From Octopus sinensis (taxonomy: Eukaryota): 64,000 bases of DNA. The stretch lies in assembly GCF_006345805.1 (NCBI RefSeq), contig NC_043011.1, forward strand, positions 2,480,001 through 2,544,000, in the 5' to 3' direction. Below, in pieces: positions 25,290 through 40,088 of this stretch. Below the pieces are notes generated by a model that saw only the letters and a program-made list of their open reading frames with translations, was not told where the DNA came from and did not search any database. A program made the position numbers and the translations under genes. How positions within the stretch are numbered: position 1 is the stretch's first letter; every line of letters starts with the position of its first letter.

Positions 25290-25830
25290 CGAAGGTGAAA
25301 GTTGGCAATGTATATAGCAATGAATTTAATGTACAAGTAGGAGTTCACCAAGGATCAGTTTTCAGCCCCCACTTGTTTATCATAGTCTGCCAGGCCATGA
25401 CAGAAATTCAAGACTCACTGCCCCTAGGAGCTCCTCTGCGGTGATAACCTTGTTCTTAGAGCTGAATCATTACCTGACCTACAAAAGAAAGTTCAGGGAT
25501 GGAAGGAAGTCCTGGAATCTAAGAGCCTTAGAATAAATTTAGCAAAAACCAAAGCCCTAGTAAGTAGGAAAACAGACAAATCAAAAGTCCCTTCAGGGAG
25601 ATGGCCATGCTTGATATGTAAGAAAGGTGTTGGTAGAAGCATCATACAGTGTACGCAATGCAAGCTTAGGATACATAAGAAGTGTAGTAGTCTCACAGGT
25701 GAGTTAACACAAAATAGTCTTTGTGTTTGGTAAAGGTGTGGGTACAATTAGCATTAAGAATGCACAGAGAAGACTCCTTCACATGCTCAGAGAGATTCTA
25801 AGAAGTAGTAGATAGTAAGATGGTAGAGAC
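25290..25830 (+). mobile_element. RTE LINE RT fragment
   Basis: VQVGVHQGSVFSPHLF...ELLCGDNLVL...GRWPCLICKKGVGRSIIQCTQCKLRIHKKC; homologous to 54600-55300. Confidence 0.85.
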
Positions 25831-27154
25831 AGACTTATTGGGATTGAGAAGAGTTAGGAGTGATGGATAGTAGTTGGGGTCTATATATCAAGAGTAGATG
25901 ATGAATGACAAATAGGATAAAAAAAAGAGAAGGAGAGAGAGAGAAAGAGGTAACAATATAGATTGTTACCAATATAGATTGTTACCAATATAGAGTGAAG
26001 TAAATTGTATTGAGTGCAGATATTTTGATAGAGTTTCTTAATCATAGTTTCATAGTTGGAATAATGGGTAGTGTAATGAGGATGGTCCAGTGCAGTCTCT
26101 TATACATAGGGCTAGTGAAGGAAGAAGAGGGAGGAGAGTGAGAAGTATGGTGCTACATGGGACTCTTAGTCCTTTGTAAGCATCACAAGAGGTAAAATGA
26201 GATGGAGACATTGAGTGATAGATATTAAATGAAATGAGCAGATAGGTTGCCGGAGGAAGAAAGTGGGTACAGGTAGTGATTCGAGTGAACCAATAATCAT
26301 TCATATAAAAGCTAGTTAGTCACACATCATCCCTCATTTGACTAAAATAAGTACCAAACTGAAATGAGATCTAAGTAAAAATTCTGGAAAGCAGTGCTCA
26401 GTACATCTGCAGTTGAAATAGAAATAAAAGCTGGAAATAATCATCTGGCTTAATGTTTTACATTATATACTTGTAGAAAATTTATATTTCTATCCTTCCT
26501 GAAATCTTTCTAGCACAATAATTGTCAAACCTACCATGCTGGATAATTAACTCCAGATTTATACAGGTTTATAGACTAAATAATCTAGCAGTACAAGGAC
26601 TGTTTTGAATACACATGAGCTCAAAATGGCAATATTTCAATAAGCAGTCTCCCATGTTTTCTCTATAAACTATAACCTGAAAATTATTTGATAGAAACAC
26701 CGAAAATTGTACAAGCTTATAATACTTATCCTTGTGTAGATACCTTACAGCATTTCTGTCAGATTATTTTCTATATTATAAAGTTCTATATTCTGTATTG
26801 TAAACTTCTATATTCTATATTGAAAAGTTCACCTAGCTATCAGTTACAACAAGAACACTTTTAGAGGAATAAGTTTTTTAAATGTTCTATATTTTATTGG
26901 ATTTCATGATCAATAGTAGCATTGGATACATGTTTCCAATAAGCCAATCACTGGTTCATTGCATTTTCTGACTACAGCAGCAACAAGTCAATGTCTGTAA
27001 ATCGGTACAGAAGAAATATTGGAAGAGGTTTCATTCAAAGAACATTGGTTTTTCAGTTTCAGCCAATATTTACATCGTTTGCCAATGTACACCAGGAAAA
27101 GATACTCACATAGGCACAAACACACACAGCCACACATGCACACACACACACGCA

Positions 27155-27200
<46 letters not shown>

Positions 27201-28570
27201 ATGAACACATGTATTTAAATTGTAAAGTTAGATCAAACACATTGTGGTGAATATGGAACAGCAGATTTCCACATAGTTTCTATATACCAAATTCCTCTCA
27301 CAAATTACTAATCATTTCATGACTATGGTAGAAAACACTTTCCAAAGATATCTCACAGTAGGACTGAACTAGAAACTTTGTAACTGCGGAGCAAACTTTT
27401 TAATCACAGAGCCATGCAATGGGTGAGTTTCGTTTTGGGCTAATGTTATTTACAAGGATTAACATTTAATACATAGGATAAAATTCCATATCCACTCAAT
27501 GCTGTTATGACAAAATAATGGAGTTAATTAGATGCTGGTCTGCTTCTTAAGGGTCATCAATTAGAATACACTGGAGGTGGGTATTTTGGAAGAATACTTA
27601 CATTCAGACTGCTTAAATTAATGGATATATTCCAGGTTTCCGGTGAAATTCTCTGTAGAGCTCATTACTAGTTGATAAATTACTCTGGTTACATAAAATT
27701 ATGCAACTGACTACACTCATTTCACATATGTGTAGAATAGATAAATATTTATTCTTATTTTTATGCTCAATGTTATAGAAACTAGAATTAAACTCTGGGG
27801 AAATGATTAGCTTAACACTTAATGTGCCATCCTTGTTTCTTTAGATTGGGTGTAATCAGGCAGTTTAAATTCAATCCATGCATTTATGGACAAACAAATG
27901 TTATTTGAAATGATAGCGATGGTAATGGTGAATGTCACAGTAATAGCACAGATATATCAATACAGACATATAAAAATGTGATATTCCTGTTTTATTCAAT
28001 TACACTAGATTTTATTGATTTTCTTTATATCATACTGAAATCCAGTTTGTGAACATTTTAAAAGAAGCTTTCTTTATGATCAATAAATTGTAAAATATTG
28101 ATTTTATTTAATTAATTATATAAAGATATATATTATGGTTGAACATATAATCAATATACCACTGGCTCATATTTTATCAACATGGGTTGAGTGATGAAAG
28201 ATACCGTTTCCCTATCTTAGTATTAGCTACTCTCAGAACAGTGAGATATTCTACATATATTCAATAAAGCATATACTTAATCATTTGCTTTACATAAATA
28301 ACTTTTCTATTACTTTTTGTATAAACCCAAACCTCCCTATATATATTTTAAAAGTGGTGAAATAGTTTTACCCACTCCCAAATATCTAGGTGATTACATC
28401 TTAGCTTCTTAGTAATTGCCACTTACATTTTTTTACATAGACATAAGGTTCTATTTGTCCTAATGGTATATGAATGAAGGAAAGTCAAGTCTATTTTATT
28501 GCTTGTAACAACTGTTTGATGGACATAAAATTGTGCTTGGCAGTGTAGTATAGTGTAAGTGAACATTCTA

Positions 28571-28957
28571 TACTCTTTACTCTTTTACTTGTTTCAGTCA
28601 TTTGACTGTGGCCATGCTGGAGCACTGCCTTTTTTAGTCAAACAAATCGACCCCCAGGACTTATTCTTTGTAAGCCTAGTACTTATTCTATCGTCTCTTT
28701 TGCCAAACCGCTAAGTTACGGGGACGTAAACACACCAGCATCGGTTGTCAAGCAATGTTGGGGGGACAAACACAGACAGACAGACACATATATACGACGG
28801 GCTTCTTTCAGTTTCCGTCTACCAAATCCACTCACAAGGCTTTGGTCGGCCCGAGGCTATAGTAGGAGACACTTGCCCAAGGTGCCACACAGTGGGACTG
28901 AACCCGGAACCATGTGGTTCATATGCAAGCTACTTACCACACAGCCACTCTTACGCC
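28571..28957 (-). mobile_element. SINE family A
   Basis: As above. Confidence 0.9.
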
Positions 28958-29491
28958 ACTTCCATATGCACTTCTACCTTCAAAATAAACTTTAGACACG
29001 TTCAATGTGACACTGCGTGACAAAGCTAGTTCCTCAAATTACAGGTACAAAGGCATGTCCTCAAATCCATCTCATAAGCTTCCATACAGTTTCCATCTAA
29101 CCAAACTCATCAAAAGCTATCGTCAGTAAGATTGGTCCATGATGCTGCACTATAAATTTAAAGCAAAAATTTGTTAATCACATAGGCACAAACACACACA
29201 GCCACACATGCACAAAAACACACACACATACAGAGAAAACAAACACATGTATTTAAATCACTTGGATGTGTAAGAAACAAACAAAAAACAAATTGCTTTG
29301 GTTATGAATACAAAACAAGTTTCTCATCCTGCTGTCCATCTCAGAACTCATCTCTGCTTTGTTACACTTCCATAATTCTGTGAATTGGTGATTAAAACAT
29401 CTTTTATCCTGATTTTCTTTTACCTCATTATAGTTTCACTGAAGCTTCAACCAGGCTTGAAACAATATCACTTTTTTCTGCTTTAGTCAAT

Positions 29492-29901
29492 TACTCTTTA
29501 CTCTTTTACTTGTTTCAGTCATTTGACTGTGGCCATGCTGGAGCATCGTCTTTAGTTGAGCAAATCGACCCCGGGACTTATTCTTTGTAAGCCCAGTACT
29601 TATTCTATCGGTCTCTTTTGTCGAACCGCTAAGTGACGAGGACGTAAACACACCAGCATCGGTTGTCAAGCAATGCTAGGGGGACAAACACAGACACACA
29701 AACACACACACACGCACATATATATATATATATATACATATATACGACAGGCTTCCTTCAGTTTCCATCTACCAAATCCATTCACAAGGCATTGGTCGGC
29801 CCGGGGCTATAGTAGTAGACACTTGCCCAAGATGCCACACAGTGGGACTGAACCCGGACCATGTGGTTGATTAGCAAGCTACTTACCACACAGCCACTCC
29901 T
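29492..29901 (-). mobile_element. SINE family A
   Basis: As above. Confidence 0.9.
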
Positions 29902-30273
29902 TATGAACTTAACTAATTGGATTGTTGATATCAAGATAACTTACATCAATAACTTATTACATACTTACCTAAATATCACAATTCTTAATGTTGGTTAAAG
30001 TTTTGAATTCTGAAGGAGAAGAAATTCAATACTCTGAGTATTGTAATGAAGATATTCTTGCAGACTTTGGCCAGTGAGGGGAAACTGACATTTTTAAAGT
30101 AATCATCATCAATGTCATCATTGTCGTTTTTTTGCTGCTGTCAGCATCATCACTGTCATTAACAACATTGTTGTTTACTGGAGATGCACGTGTTTCACAG
30201 AGCTCTGTTTAGAAAGTATTTTCTCCCAAGAGGACTCTATAGGAAATTGTGTGCCATTGGTTATATATATATA

Positions 30274-30670
30274 CTAGCAGTATCGCCCGGCGTTGCTCGG
30301 GTTTGTAAGGGAAATAACTATATAAGCATTTTTAGAGAGTTATAGCCAAAAGATAGTAAAAAAATGCATTAAAAATGGAAAAAAATTATGGTAAATTATT
30401 TTTAAATCGTTGACTCATCGTAGACATTTTTAGAGAGTTACTTCCCTTATGTAATAGCGAAAAAAATGCATTAAAATGGAAAAAAATGATGGTAAATTTT
30501 TTTTTAAATCATAGACTCATTGTAGACGTGCGCTAATACCCAGAATGGCTCGATATGAATCACGACTATAAGATACCCGGTTTTGATTAAACTGCACCGC
30601 AAAATGTGGGAGTTGTTAGGAATCTAAATTGTAGGAGACAGACACACAACTTCACTTTTATATATAAAGA
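30274..30670 (-). mobile_element. Non-autonomous Helitron
   Basis: 5' TC(tttatatata) and 3' cccgagcaacgccggg hairpin plus CTAG; shares its 5' ~200 bp with the 46988 element. Confidence 0.85.
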
Positions 30671-30949
30671 TATATATTGATTATATCTACTTGGGCACAT
30701 ATAGTGTGATAACCACTGAAAATCACAAGTTTATTCAGATGTTTTACATCTTTGAAGGAGTGAAAAGGAGATCAACTAGGTTAGTGTTACAAAGCAGTAG
30801 AGCCAGTTGCTGCTTGTGTGAGTGTAAAGTGTACATGAAGGTTTTACAAGCTCACTCCTACGAAATAGATAAAAATTGTTTCTACATGGTAGTAAGACAA
30901 ATACAAAATCCTTGTTGTTGGTGGTGTATATCTTGAATAAGTTATATTT

Positions 30950-31750
30950 CTATTTCTGAACAGGCTTCGTTTTCATCAATAAACACAAGTAATTTTGTTA
31001 TTGAAAGGAAAATCATACTGTCTGATTTCAGGGCCTCATTTGAAAGTGCTGTTAATATTTACAGGGAACTGTATTTTCACTGTGTGCATATAACTATTCT
31101 TGCGACTCTTCTAAATTATATGTTGATCATAATGTAGCATGTGACTGGCAAAAATCCATAATTTCACTACAAGAAAATTTGAAATTTGAATTGATTCCAC
31201 TCAGGATTGTGAAACTTCATTAATATCATAATAAATATTGTGTCATATGCGAGGCAGTCGTTTTCCATTTACAGAGTAGATGTAGAAGTGTAAATCTTTC
31301 CTTGAATTTTAAAACAATAAGGTCCTTCTTCTTTGGCTGAATTGATTTTTATGGCAAATGAAGTGAAGGAAACTTCATAGTTAAAAGTTTGGATATTTTC
31401 CCTGAAATAGTTAGTTTCCTAGGTATTTACATAATTGAATAGTTTCAGTTTATCAATGGCTGCAGAAGTAGAAATCACACTTTACTCTTTATGTCAACAA
31501 TTTAGAGCTTCATTTTTTCCTATGAAACCAGGATCTCTCCCTATTTCTCTGATGTTTTAGGGTTCATCAGCAACTTCTGCATACTGATGTCATATCATGA
31601 GAACAACAAATTGAATCTGACATTTTCTGCTTCTTTGAACATATTGTACATTTAACAAATGCTATTTGTTCGTGTTCCCTTATCCATATTCAATTTCTTC
31701 TTTTGCATTTCACTTTCGCTTGCTGCTATTGCAAATAATCAGCTTGATCA
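30950..31750 (-). mobile_element. Decayed Helitron Rep-Hel ORF, N-terminal region
   Basis: FRENIQTFNYEVSFTSFAIKINSAKEEGPYCFKIQGKIY matches the conserved pre-Rep Helitron motif (YN..AF.S.....GPY.FKI.GQ.YH). Confidence 0.7.
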
Positions 31751-32164
31751 TGTTTTCTCTTCATATCTGTTGACTTTCTCTTTGACACATTAGATGTCCA
31801 TACATGTTTGTATACAGCCATAGAGGCTATTGTCCACTGATTTTTATCTTAAATTTTTCTTTTATTTTTTGTTCTTGTACATTGTTCACTAATTATTTTT
31901 CATATTTTAATGCTTTGTGTCTGATTTTGTTCCATAGTGTATGTTATTTCAAAGTGAAATGAGAATAAAATTTATAGTACAAAAATTTTCCTTTCCTAAT
32001 AATATATTTGAACAATTATTTAAAGAGATTAGATCCATTTATTCTTCAGATTAAAAAAAAAACGTAAAAGCTCTCACTTTTATCCATCCAGGAAAACAAC
32101 ATTTTTCCTGAAAACTTATTTAGAGGAGAAACGTTTTGCTGAACTCTAGTGTAGTTCTGTAAAG

Positions 32165-32350
32165 TCAGAATTTGATAATAATCCTTACTACTAAAGGCAC
32201 AAGGTCAGAAATTGTTGGGGAAGGGACCAGTCGATTACATCGACTCCAGTGACTCACCAGTACTTGATATATTGATCTTGAAAGGATGAAAGGCAAAGTC
32301 AACCTTGACCAAATTTGAACCCAGAATGTAGCAACGGGCGAAATCCCACT
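32165..32350 (-). mobile_element. SINE family B (diverged)
   Basis: gtcgattacatcgac...gaaaggatgaaaggcaaagtcaacc. Confidence 0.75.
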
Positions 32351-33375
32351 TAAGAATTTAATAACAATAATAACAGAAATTTGCTGAAATATAAAATGAT
32401 TAATAAATGATAAGAAATTGGAATAGTATTCACCCCACCGAGTAAAAAGTGTTTATATTGTCAAATGTGAAAGTATTTTTCTAGAAAATGTAATTATGAA
32501 GAAATGAAAGTATTCAGTTATGACAGTAAATAATGTATAGTACTGGCTGGATACTTCAAAATACTCATTTTAATGAAAGCATGTTAAATCACTGTAAAAT
32601 TCTGTGAAGAGAAGAAAAAAAACAAAACATAAGTGCTCATCACACACATTATTTATTCGTAATCCAAAATGACCACAGAATTTTTAGTCAGGGAAGGTGT
32701 TAGTTACAGCAGCTACAACAGTGAATGTAACCTGTAAATTTTTGAAAATGAAGAGAATCTGTCCACCTCCAGTGTTTGAGTTGCATGGTTATTTAAGCAG
32801 AAGTAAAAACCTGACGAGACTGTTAAATGACTGGGAAACACTGTGATAATTAATAAGAAATGAATGATGAGGACAACCAATGTCAAATGATAAATTTATG
32901 AAATCCAAACCACAGTTAAAGAGAGCCACTCAGAAGATGCGCCCAAAGAGAGAAGATTGGGAGAACCAAGTTTGCAAAAATTTAGGGGAGCAGAATGTGA
33001 CTGAAGCCATATGGTGCCCTTATTCTGCCTAGCTGTTGCCTCCTTAGTGCCTTGTAGGTGGGTAACTCTTATATGTTTTGATTACGAAATTTTCAAATTG
33101 CATCAATACTCTATTTCTTTTTTACTCTACCTATTGATTAGTATATGTGTGTGCATGCATGTGTGTGTGTGTGTGTGCACATGCACATATGTGTTTGTGT
33201 GCACATGCACATATGTGTGTGTGCACATGCACATATGTGTGTGTACATGAGTGTAAATGTACATTCCCATATATTTTGTAACTTTCTTATATAATACATT
33301 GTGTAATATGTGACTGGAACCTTGTGGACAATCAAGAAAGTCTTCTCATTATCATCATCATCATCATCATCATCA

Positions 33376-33409
<34 letters not shown>

Positions 33410-35329
33410 AATGGCAGTGTAATACATGCTAGGGAAGCAATAAAATATTTTTAATGGAAGATAATATCCTTGGTGAACAGTTTGAAATTTTTATGAGATC
33501 TAATGTTGGCAGTTTTGTAGGTAAAATTGATGAAGTTTGTTACTCTTGATTTGTGAAAAGTTAAAAGGATTTATTTGCTATTGAACAACACTTTCTTTTA
33601 AACAGTTTCTCAATAAAATTATGTAATATCTTTCAACAGATTTTTACTGATATTTTTTTTTAATGTTATGTATTGCTACTTGTATTCCTGGTGTATATTA
33701 TTAGGTGGTATTCCCTACAATAGAAACAGGTGGGAGAAAGCTTAAAATGTCAATCAGATGATTATTTCCCTATAGATTCTTTTACCATAAATTTATTGTG
33801 TAGAATTTATGAGGCTTATTCAAGAACAACAACCACAACAACAAAATGGTGGATGCAATTTCTCTAGCTTCTAAGGCAGAAATTATATTTTTATTGATAG
33901 AGATTAATAAAAGCCTTGATATTGTCACCACAAAGTAGAATTTCTGTATTACATAACTTTGATATTAACTACACCACAATAAATATTGATTGATGTTGCT
34001 ATACTGTCTCCACCCACTGTAGTGTTCTCATCATGATAAATATTGATTGATATGCTTTCAGTTATACCTCTGTAAAATGCAAAAGGAATTTCATTAGATT
34101 TGTTCTCTTAAACATTGGTCCTTTCATCGTAACAAAAATCACTCTATTAGCTTATTTCAAAGGCAGTTAAGTAATTTTCACAGAAATGATATATATTTTT
34201 TTATTATTATATTTAGTTATTATTTTAATACCAGTATTCCTGTTAAACAAAGTTTTTAGTCATGATTTTCTATAAGTGAGCATGGTAGGTCAGATATTAG
34301 CCTATAGTAAGCTAAATGTTTGATTCAGTACACCTTACTATTTGTGACCAAACAATCTCTTTTTCTTTGTTACAGTTTTCTACAGAAATACATAAAATAG
34401 CACATTTTATTATCTCTTTTGATCAGAAAACTAATGAGTAGATTGAAAATATTGCAGTGCTAATCATGAGGTTTCAACCCTATATAATATTTAAACGCTC
34501 CTCATTAGATTAGTGATTACACATGGGTAACAGTGAAACCAGTAATAGTACCAGACTGGGGCAATCTCCAGCATTGCCATGATCTCCCAACAGCTTTGTT
34601 TGTGCCCACAATATTTAATCTAGACAGAGGGCTCTGACTCTATACACACACAGTTTGTTCTGTGTTTTTGTGGTTTTACTTTTGCAGAAGTCATCTTTCT
34701 TGAAGTATTCCTGTAGTCTCACTAATTCGTCATTGCATCGGTTTTGTGTATATGTATCATGCATAGTTTCTTCCTTAATTTTGTACTTCGTTTGTTCTCT
34801 CTTTTATATTGAGTAATTTTTGCGTTTTTTTTTTGTTCATATTAACAAAGTTGAATCGATCATTTTTCTACTGACCAGCAAGAATATTAAATTTGCTGTT
34901 ACTCATCATTTAATTCCAATTAGTACCATCAATAATTTCACTCCTCTTAGTCTCATTTTCATACTGTTACTCCTCTAGACTTCTCTAGCTCATTTTTGTA
35001 TAATTTATTTTCCAATGTATCTACAAATGTCTGTTTTGCTGCTTAGTGTGTCAGTTTATCAGTTTTACATAGATAATACTCTGCAGTGCAGTCAGTTTTT
35101 GTTTTATCATCATCTTATTAATATCCAGATTAGCCATTTCTTTGTTAACCATTTGAAAGCAAATATGATTAAAATTTCCTACCTTTCTCTATACCAGAGT
35201 AAGCTTGTTTTCCTTTTTTTCAAATTTTGTATTTCTTCCCATTATCTCTTATATTTTATAATGTATTACCATGGGTGTGTGAGGCAGTGGTATATACCTC
35301 ACTTCTGATCTGGACAAGACTCTATTCTG

Positions 35330-36679
35330 AGATCAAAAATTTGGGTGAGCAGCAAATCCTGAGAGCAGAAGAAATCTATTTTTCTAAAACCAAAAATGGT
35401 GATAATTTTGGCAGTACCTTCATTCAAAACTACACTCACACCCCAAGGAAGGTTTAGACACAATGGTGATGAAACGAGGAGTGATCAGTGGAATGGGGAT
35501 ACCTAGTTGGAGGTGGTATATGTCCAACCAGTTCCAAGGTGCAGAGGCCATTATAGTAGCTGTTGAAATGGCAGAGAGGGTAACAAAATGCCTGTGGACT
35601 ATAGGCCGAAGCATGTTTGATTTCATCTGTCAAGTGGCCTTTTGTTGATGTGATCTAGCATGTCTGTGAAGGCAGCAGCAAGATTATTCAGGATGTGAGA
35701 GCACTACTTCATATTGGGCATTGCCTGAGCTTTGTAAAGTATCTATAATTGTTGAGGACTAAAGCACTGAAAAGAAGGGCCAGTCATTGAGATGTAATCT
35801 TAGCTATATTAAGGATATAGTTTTACCATGTGAGATCCATGGTGAAATCCAACAATTAGAGCAATATTGAGGGTTCTAGCTGAGTGCTTCTCATAGTTAA
35901 ATGAAGTGAGGTGTAGTGTAAATGTTTTTTCTTAATATGAGTAGATTTAGTGTTATTTTTGTATTTTTGTCAGTGAAAGAAACAACTCTGGCATATCCCC
36001 AATGGAGGATGGTTTTATATCTCTGTTTATGAAGTCATTGTGTGTTTGGTGTGTGGTATCTATGATGTAAATGGATAATATATGTTAAAAGAATGGTCTG
36101 GAGGAATGAAGAGTAAGGTCATCAGTGTAAGAGTAGGTGTTGTTGGATATGTTGGCAACTGAGTTGTTGGCATAGGAACAGAAAGAATGGGGAACAAAAT
36201 AAACCTTGGGTTAAGTTTGAACAGACAAAATATTTAACAGAGTTGGTAAGGATGCAATCTGAAAAGAAACTACCAATTCAAGATCTGAGGAATGAGTAAA
36301 AGTTATAAGTAGGAAATTTTGACGGCAGATTTGCATTCAACACACAGTTGATAGATTTGCTGATATGAAGGGTGACAACATTGCTTTTACTAAATTCCCC
36401 CACTGCAAAAACCATTGGTAGCTGACAGAGAAGAGAAGGTCACCATTGGTTTTGGCTTTTGAGAAACTGTACTGGTGGTCATTAAGGAGTGTGGGAGACT
36501 CAAGATACTGGACAACATTGTTGTTAATTGCTGTCCCTTTATCTTGGAAATATTTGGAGTGAATGCAATAGAGCAGTTGCTGGTGGGATCAGAGAGATTC
36601 CCTTTCTTTGGATTGGGACACAATGTTGCATCTTTCCAAAGATCAGAGTAGATCCTTAGAGCCTTGTACAGAGAGATAG

Positions 36680-36732
<53 letters not shown>

Positions 36733-37416
36733 GATGGAGAAAGAGAGAGAGAGTTTGATGATTAAAGCAGGTTGCTCTGGGGTGCAGTGTTTGAAGTTAA
36801 TGGAAAGGACTCCAACAGAACTCATGAATTTTGGTGTTTGAAGATACCAAAAATATTTTGACCCTTGGTGTGATCAAGGTGATGGGCTACATGGGATGGG
36901 ATAGAGATGGATGAGGTTCATCAAATGCAAACAATGTAGTGTTGGTTGCTAAGTGGGCAGTTAAGATGAGGGCTTTCTCGTTAGGCTACTACTCCAAAAT
37001 CATTGTTGTAAATTTAAGGGAAAGATTTCTGAAAAATTGGTGGAAATCCTTTTTGCAAGGGACCAAAAGGATAAGCTCCACTTTGAAAGTCAGGATCACT
37101 TGAGAGATGCACAATGTGCAGTTTCAATAATGGTCTTCTAGATGTTGTACTATTAGGCAAACATCTTCCAGACTTACCAGATGTTGTAGGCTTTGTGTTT
37201 CCCCTGGGATGCTTCACCACAACTATGAGCGAACCATCAGGAAGACTTGGAGCACTGACTATGTGCAGGAAGTGGAGGAACACGCCAAAAGGGATAGTTT
37301 TGGTCACACTTCTAGTTGTTTCTACTGGATCAGGAGTGAAACACATGTGCTATCTGAAGTTGGCAATAAAAACTGGTGAAGCACTAACTACTCAGTTAAC
37401 TTGAAGTACTATAGAG
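35330..37416 (-). mobile_element. CR1/L2-group LINE (EN-RT linker, RT, C-terminus), degenerate
   Basis: PKKGNLSDPTSNCSIAFTPNISK (PKKG..S...NYRPI.L...ISK motif); C-terminal FNSYYNGLCTLEL; appears to continue beyond the hAT insertion at 40089-40330. Confidence 0.75.
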
Positions 37417-39727
37417 CAGTGTTTACCAAACTGTGTGCCACAAGAGATTCCTGGAGTGCTGCAAAAACTATTTTCAGGATCTTCAGGAAACAATGAACCA
37501 AGAACATTCACAAAGTGCAAGCATAAATATGAATTAATTATATAAATTGTAACATACGGTAAATATGAATTAATTATGTTACGTGCCGGACAACAGTTTT
37601 GCTACAATATATTACATTTCTGCATTTAAACCGGGATTGTCTGTAAGTAGTCCTAGATTTTAATTTTTTATTTATTTATAATTTACACAAATTATTTTAT
37701 ATTAATTTTAGTCGATTTTTAGTTTTAGATTTAAACGTGGACAAATTTTTATTGAGACCTCAGAGAAATGAGAAAGAGAATCATAGCAAACAAGACGAAC
37801 AGCAGAATAAAAAGTTCACCTCATCAAAACGAAAAAATAATGAAAATTATATCCAATATGGTTTTATATTATTGGAAAAAAACCCAACTCAGTTCCTTTT
37901 TGTATGATTTGTTTAACAACATTCTCAAATGAAGCGATGGCTTCCAGTAAATTTCAGCGTCATTTAATAACAAATCATCTGCAACAAAAGGACAAACCAA
38001 AAGAATACTTTGAGAAGCTAAAACATTATTAAAAATTCGATCAAAAATGCTGAAGAAATTTCACTCAATTCCTGAGAAAGCTCAAATCGCTAATTACAAG
38101 ATTGCCCAGCTTTTAGTGAAGATGAAAAAAAAAACACATTCTGATGCCGAAAACATTATTTTACCAGCCTTGGAGATCGCCATTGGCACAATGATTAGTG
38201 ATAAAGCCGTCAAACAAATTAAGACCATTCCTTTGTCTGCTCACAAGATTTCTCATAAAATTCAAGACATTTTACAAGACATTAATGATCAGTTCTGTAA
38301 CCATTTCACTGAAGTAAGAAATGAACTCGAAAACTTGTGGGCCTTACAAATCGATGAAAGTACAGACATCAGCAACAAAGCTCAAACAATTTCATCAAAA
38401 GTGTTAAAATCATAAGTTTGTTTTTCTTTTGTTGCGAATTGAAGGAAAGAACGACAGGGGGAGATGTCTTTAACCTGGTAAACTAAAATATCATATTGAG
38501 AGGGATGCAGTGGCAAACTTGTATTAATGTTTGCACTAATGGTGCTCAATCCATGCAGAGTCAAAGGAAAAAACTTTGTGGCTCATGCATTACAACAAAT
38601 CCACAAGTTAAAATTGTACGTTGCATGATTCACCGTGAAGTTTTGGTGTCAAAATCTCTACCTGATGGTCTTCTGAAGACGATGGACAACGTTGTTAAAG
38701 TGGTGAATTACATAAAGTTGCATTCCCTATTGTGCAGACTTTTTGCATCCCTATGTATAACTATGGATTCTGATTTTAAGTATTTACTGCTTCATACAGA
38801 AGTGCAATGGCTCTTGAAAGGAAAAGTGCTCTCTTGATGATAATTAGTGGTTAGATCTTCTTGAGAAGTTGAACGTTCCAAATTTGTATCTGCAAGGAGT
38901 GAATGAAAATATTATTACAATTACAGGCAAATTAAAGTCTTTCACCAGCAAGTTAGAACTGTGGCTAAGGCAAGTTAAAAACTCACAGCTTGATTGCTTT
39001 CCAGGCGTAGAGACTTTTCCAAACAAATTGAAAATTTTGTCAGAAGTGTAGAAAACAGTAGAAAAGCTCTCTGTATCATTTTCTAAATATTTTTCATCAT
39101 TTGATTATCAAATGTATGAGTGGATCATCAATCCTTTCGTAAGATACGACCTGCCATTTTAATTAACGGAAGAAAATTTGATAGACTCAAAAAACTATCC
39201 TATGCACAAAACCTCATTTTCTGTACTAGAATTGTCAGAATTTTGGATTTCGTTTTGGAGCCACTATCCTCGATTAGCTATTACAACCACTAAATCTCTG
39301 TTGCATTTTGGATCATCGTATTTTTGTGAATTAGGTATCTCTGCAATTATGGACATGAAGTAAAAACAAAAAAAAACGGGAACGATTGCAGATGGTAGAT
39401 GAGGAGTTACATATTTAATTATTTTAGGCCCACGTTTTGACAAAATTCTTTCTCAAAATCAGTTGCATCCTTTTCACTTAAAACATTATTATTGTATTAT
39501 ATCACCTATATACTCTTTACTCTTTTACTTGTTTCAGTCATTTGACTGCGGCCATGCTGGAGCACCGCCTTTAGTCGAGCAAATCGATCCCGGGACTTAT
39601 TCTTTGTAAGCCCAGTACTTATTCTATCGGTCTCTTTTGCCGAACCGCTAAGTGACGGGGACGTAAACACACCAGCATCGGTTGTCAAGCAATGCTAGGG
39701 GGGACAAACACAGACACACAAACATAT

Positions 39728-39760
<33 letters not shown>

Positions 39761-40088
39761 CATATATACGACAGGCTTCTTTCGGTTTCCGTCTACCAAA
39801 TCCATTCACAAGGCTTTGGTCGGCCCGAGGCTATAGCAGAAGACACTTGCCCCAGATTCCACGCAGTGGGACTGAACCCAGAACCATGTGGCTGGTTAGC
39901 AAGCTACTTGCCACACAGCCACTCATGTTTATAAAACAATGTTGTTTTATTGTTACTATAATACGAATTTATTTTTATTCATACTAAATAAAATATATTC
40001 AATTTTGTTAAGATTTTTGCTTGTTGTGCTGCAAAATAAATTCTCCTCACCCAGTGTGTTGTAAGGTAAAAAAGTTTCGCAGACACTG
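37417..40088 (+). mobile_element. Near full-length fossil hAT (Charlie/Buster; ZBED8/SCAND3-like) transposon
   Basis: TIRs cagtgtttaccaaact / cagtgtctgcgaaact (13/16 match); TSD ctatagag / ccatagaa; motifs PFCMIC..TFSNEAM.SKFQRHL, WALQIDESTDI, CMIHREVL, LHTEVQWL.KGKVL, GSSYFCELGIS. Confidence 0.9.
39511..39925 (-). mobile_element. SINE family A nested in the hAT
   Basis: As above. Confidence 0.9.

Noticed and set aside
32105-32140. CTGAAAA...GAAACGTT as a hammerhead
   Set aside because: No helix II or helix I, and the C3:A8 pair is a mismatch
32630-32740. Possible minus-strand terminal exon with a stop and AATAAA
   Set aside because: Very short, and such signals are common by chance in AT-rich DNA
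38047-39363. ZBED8/SCAND3-like ORFs as a domesticated host gene
   Set aside because: Multiple stops and frameshifts, with TIRs and TSD retained, indicate a fossil transposon
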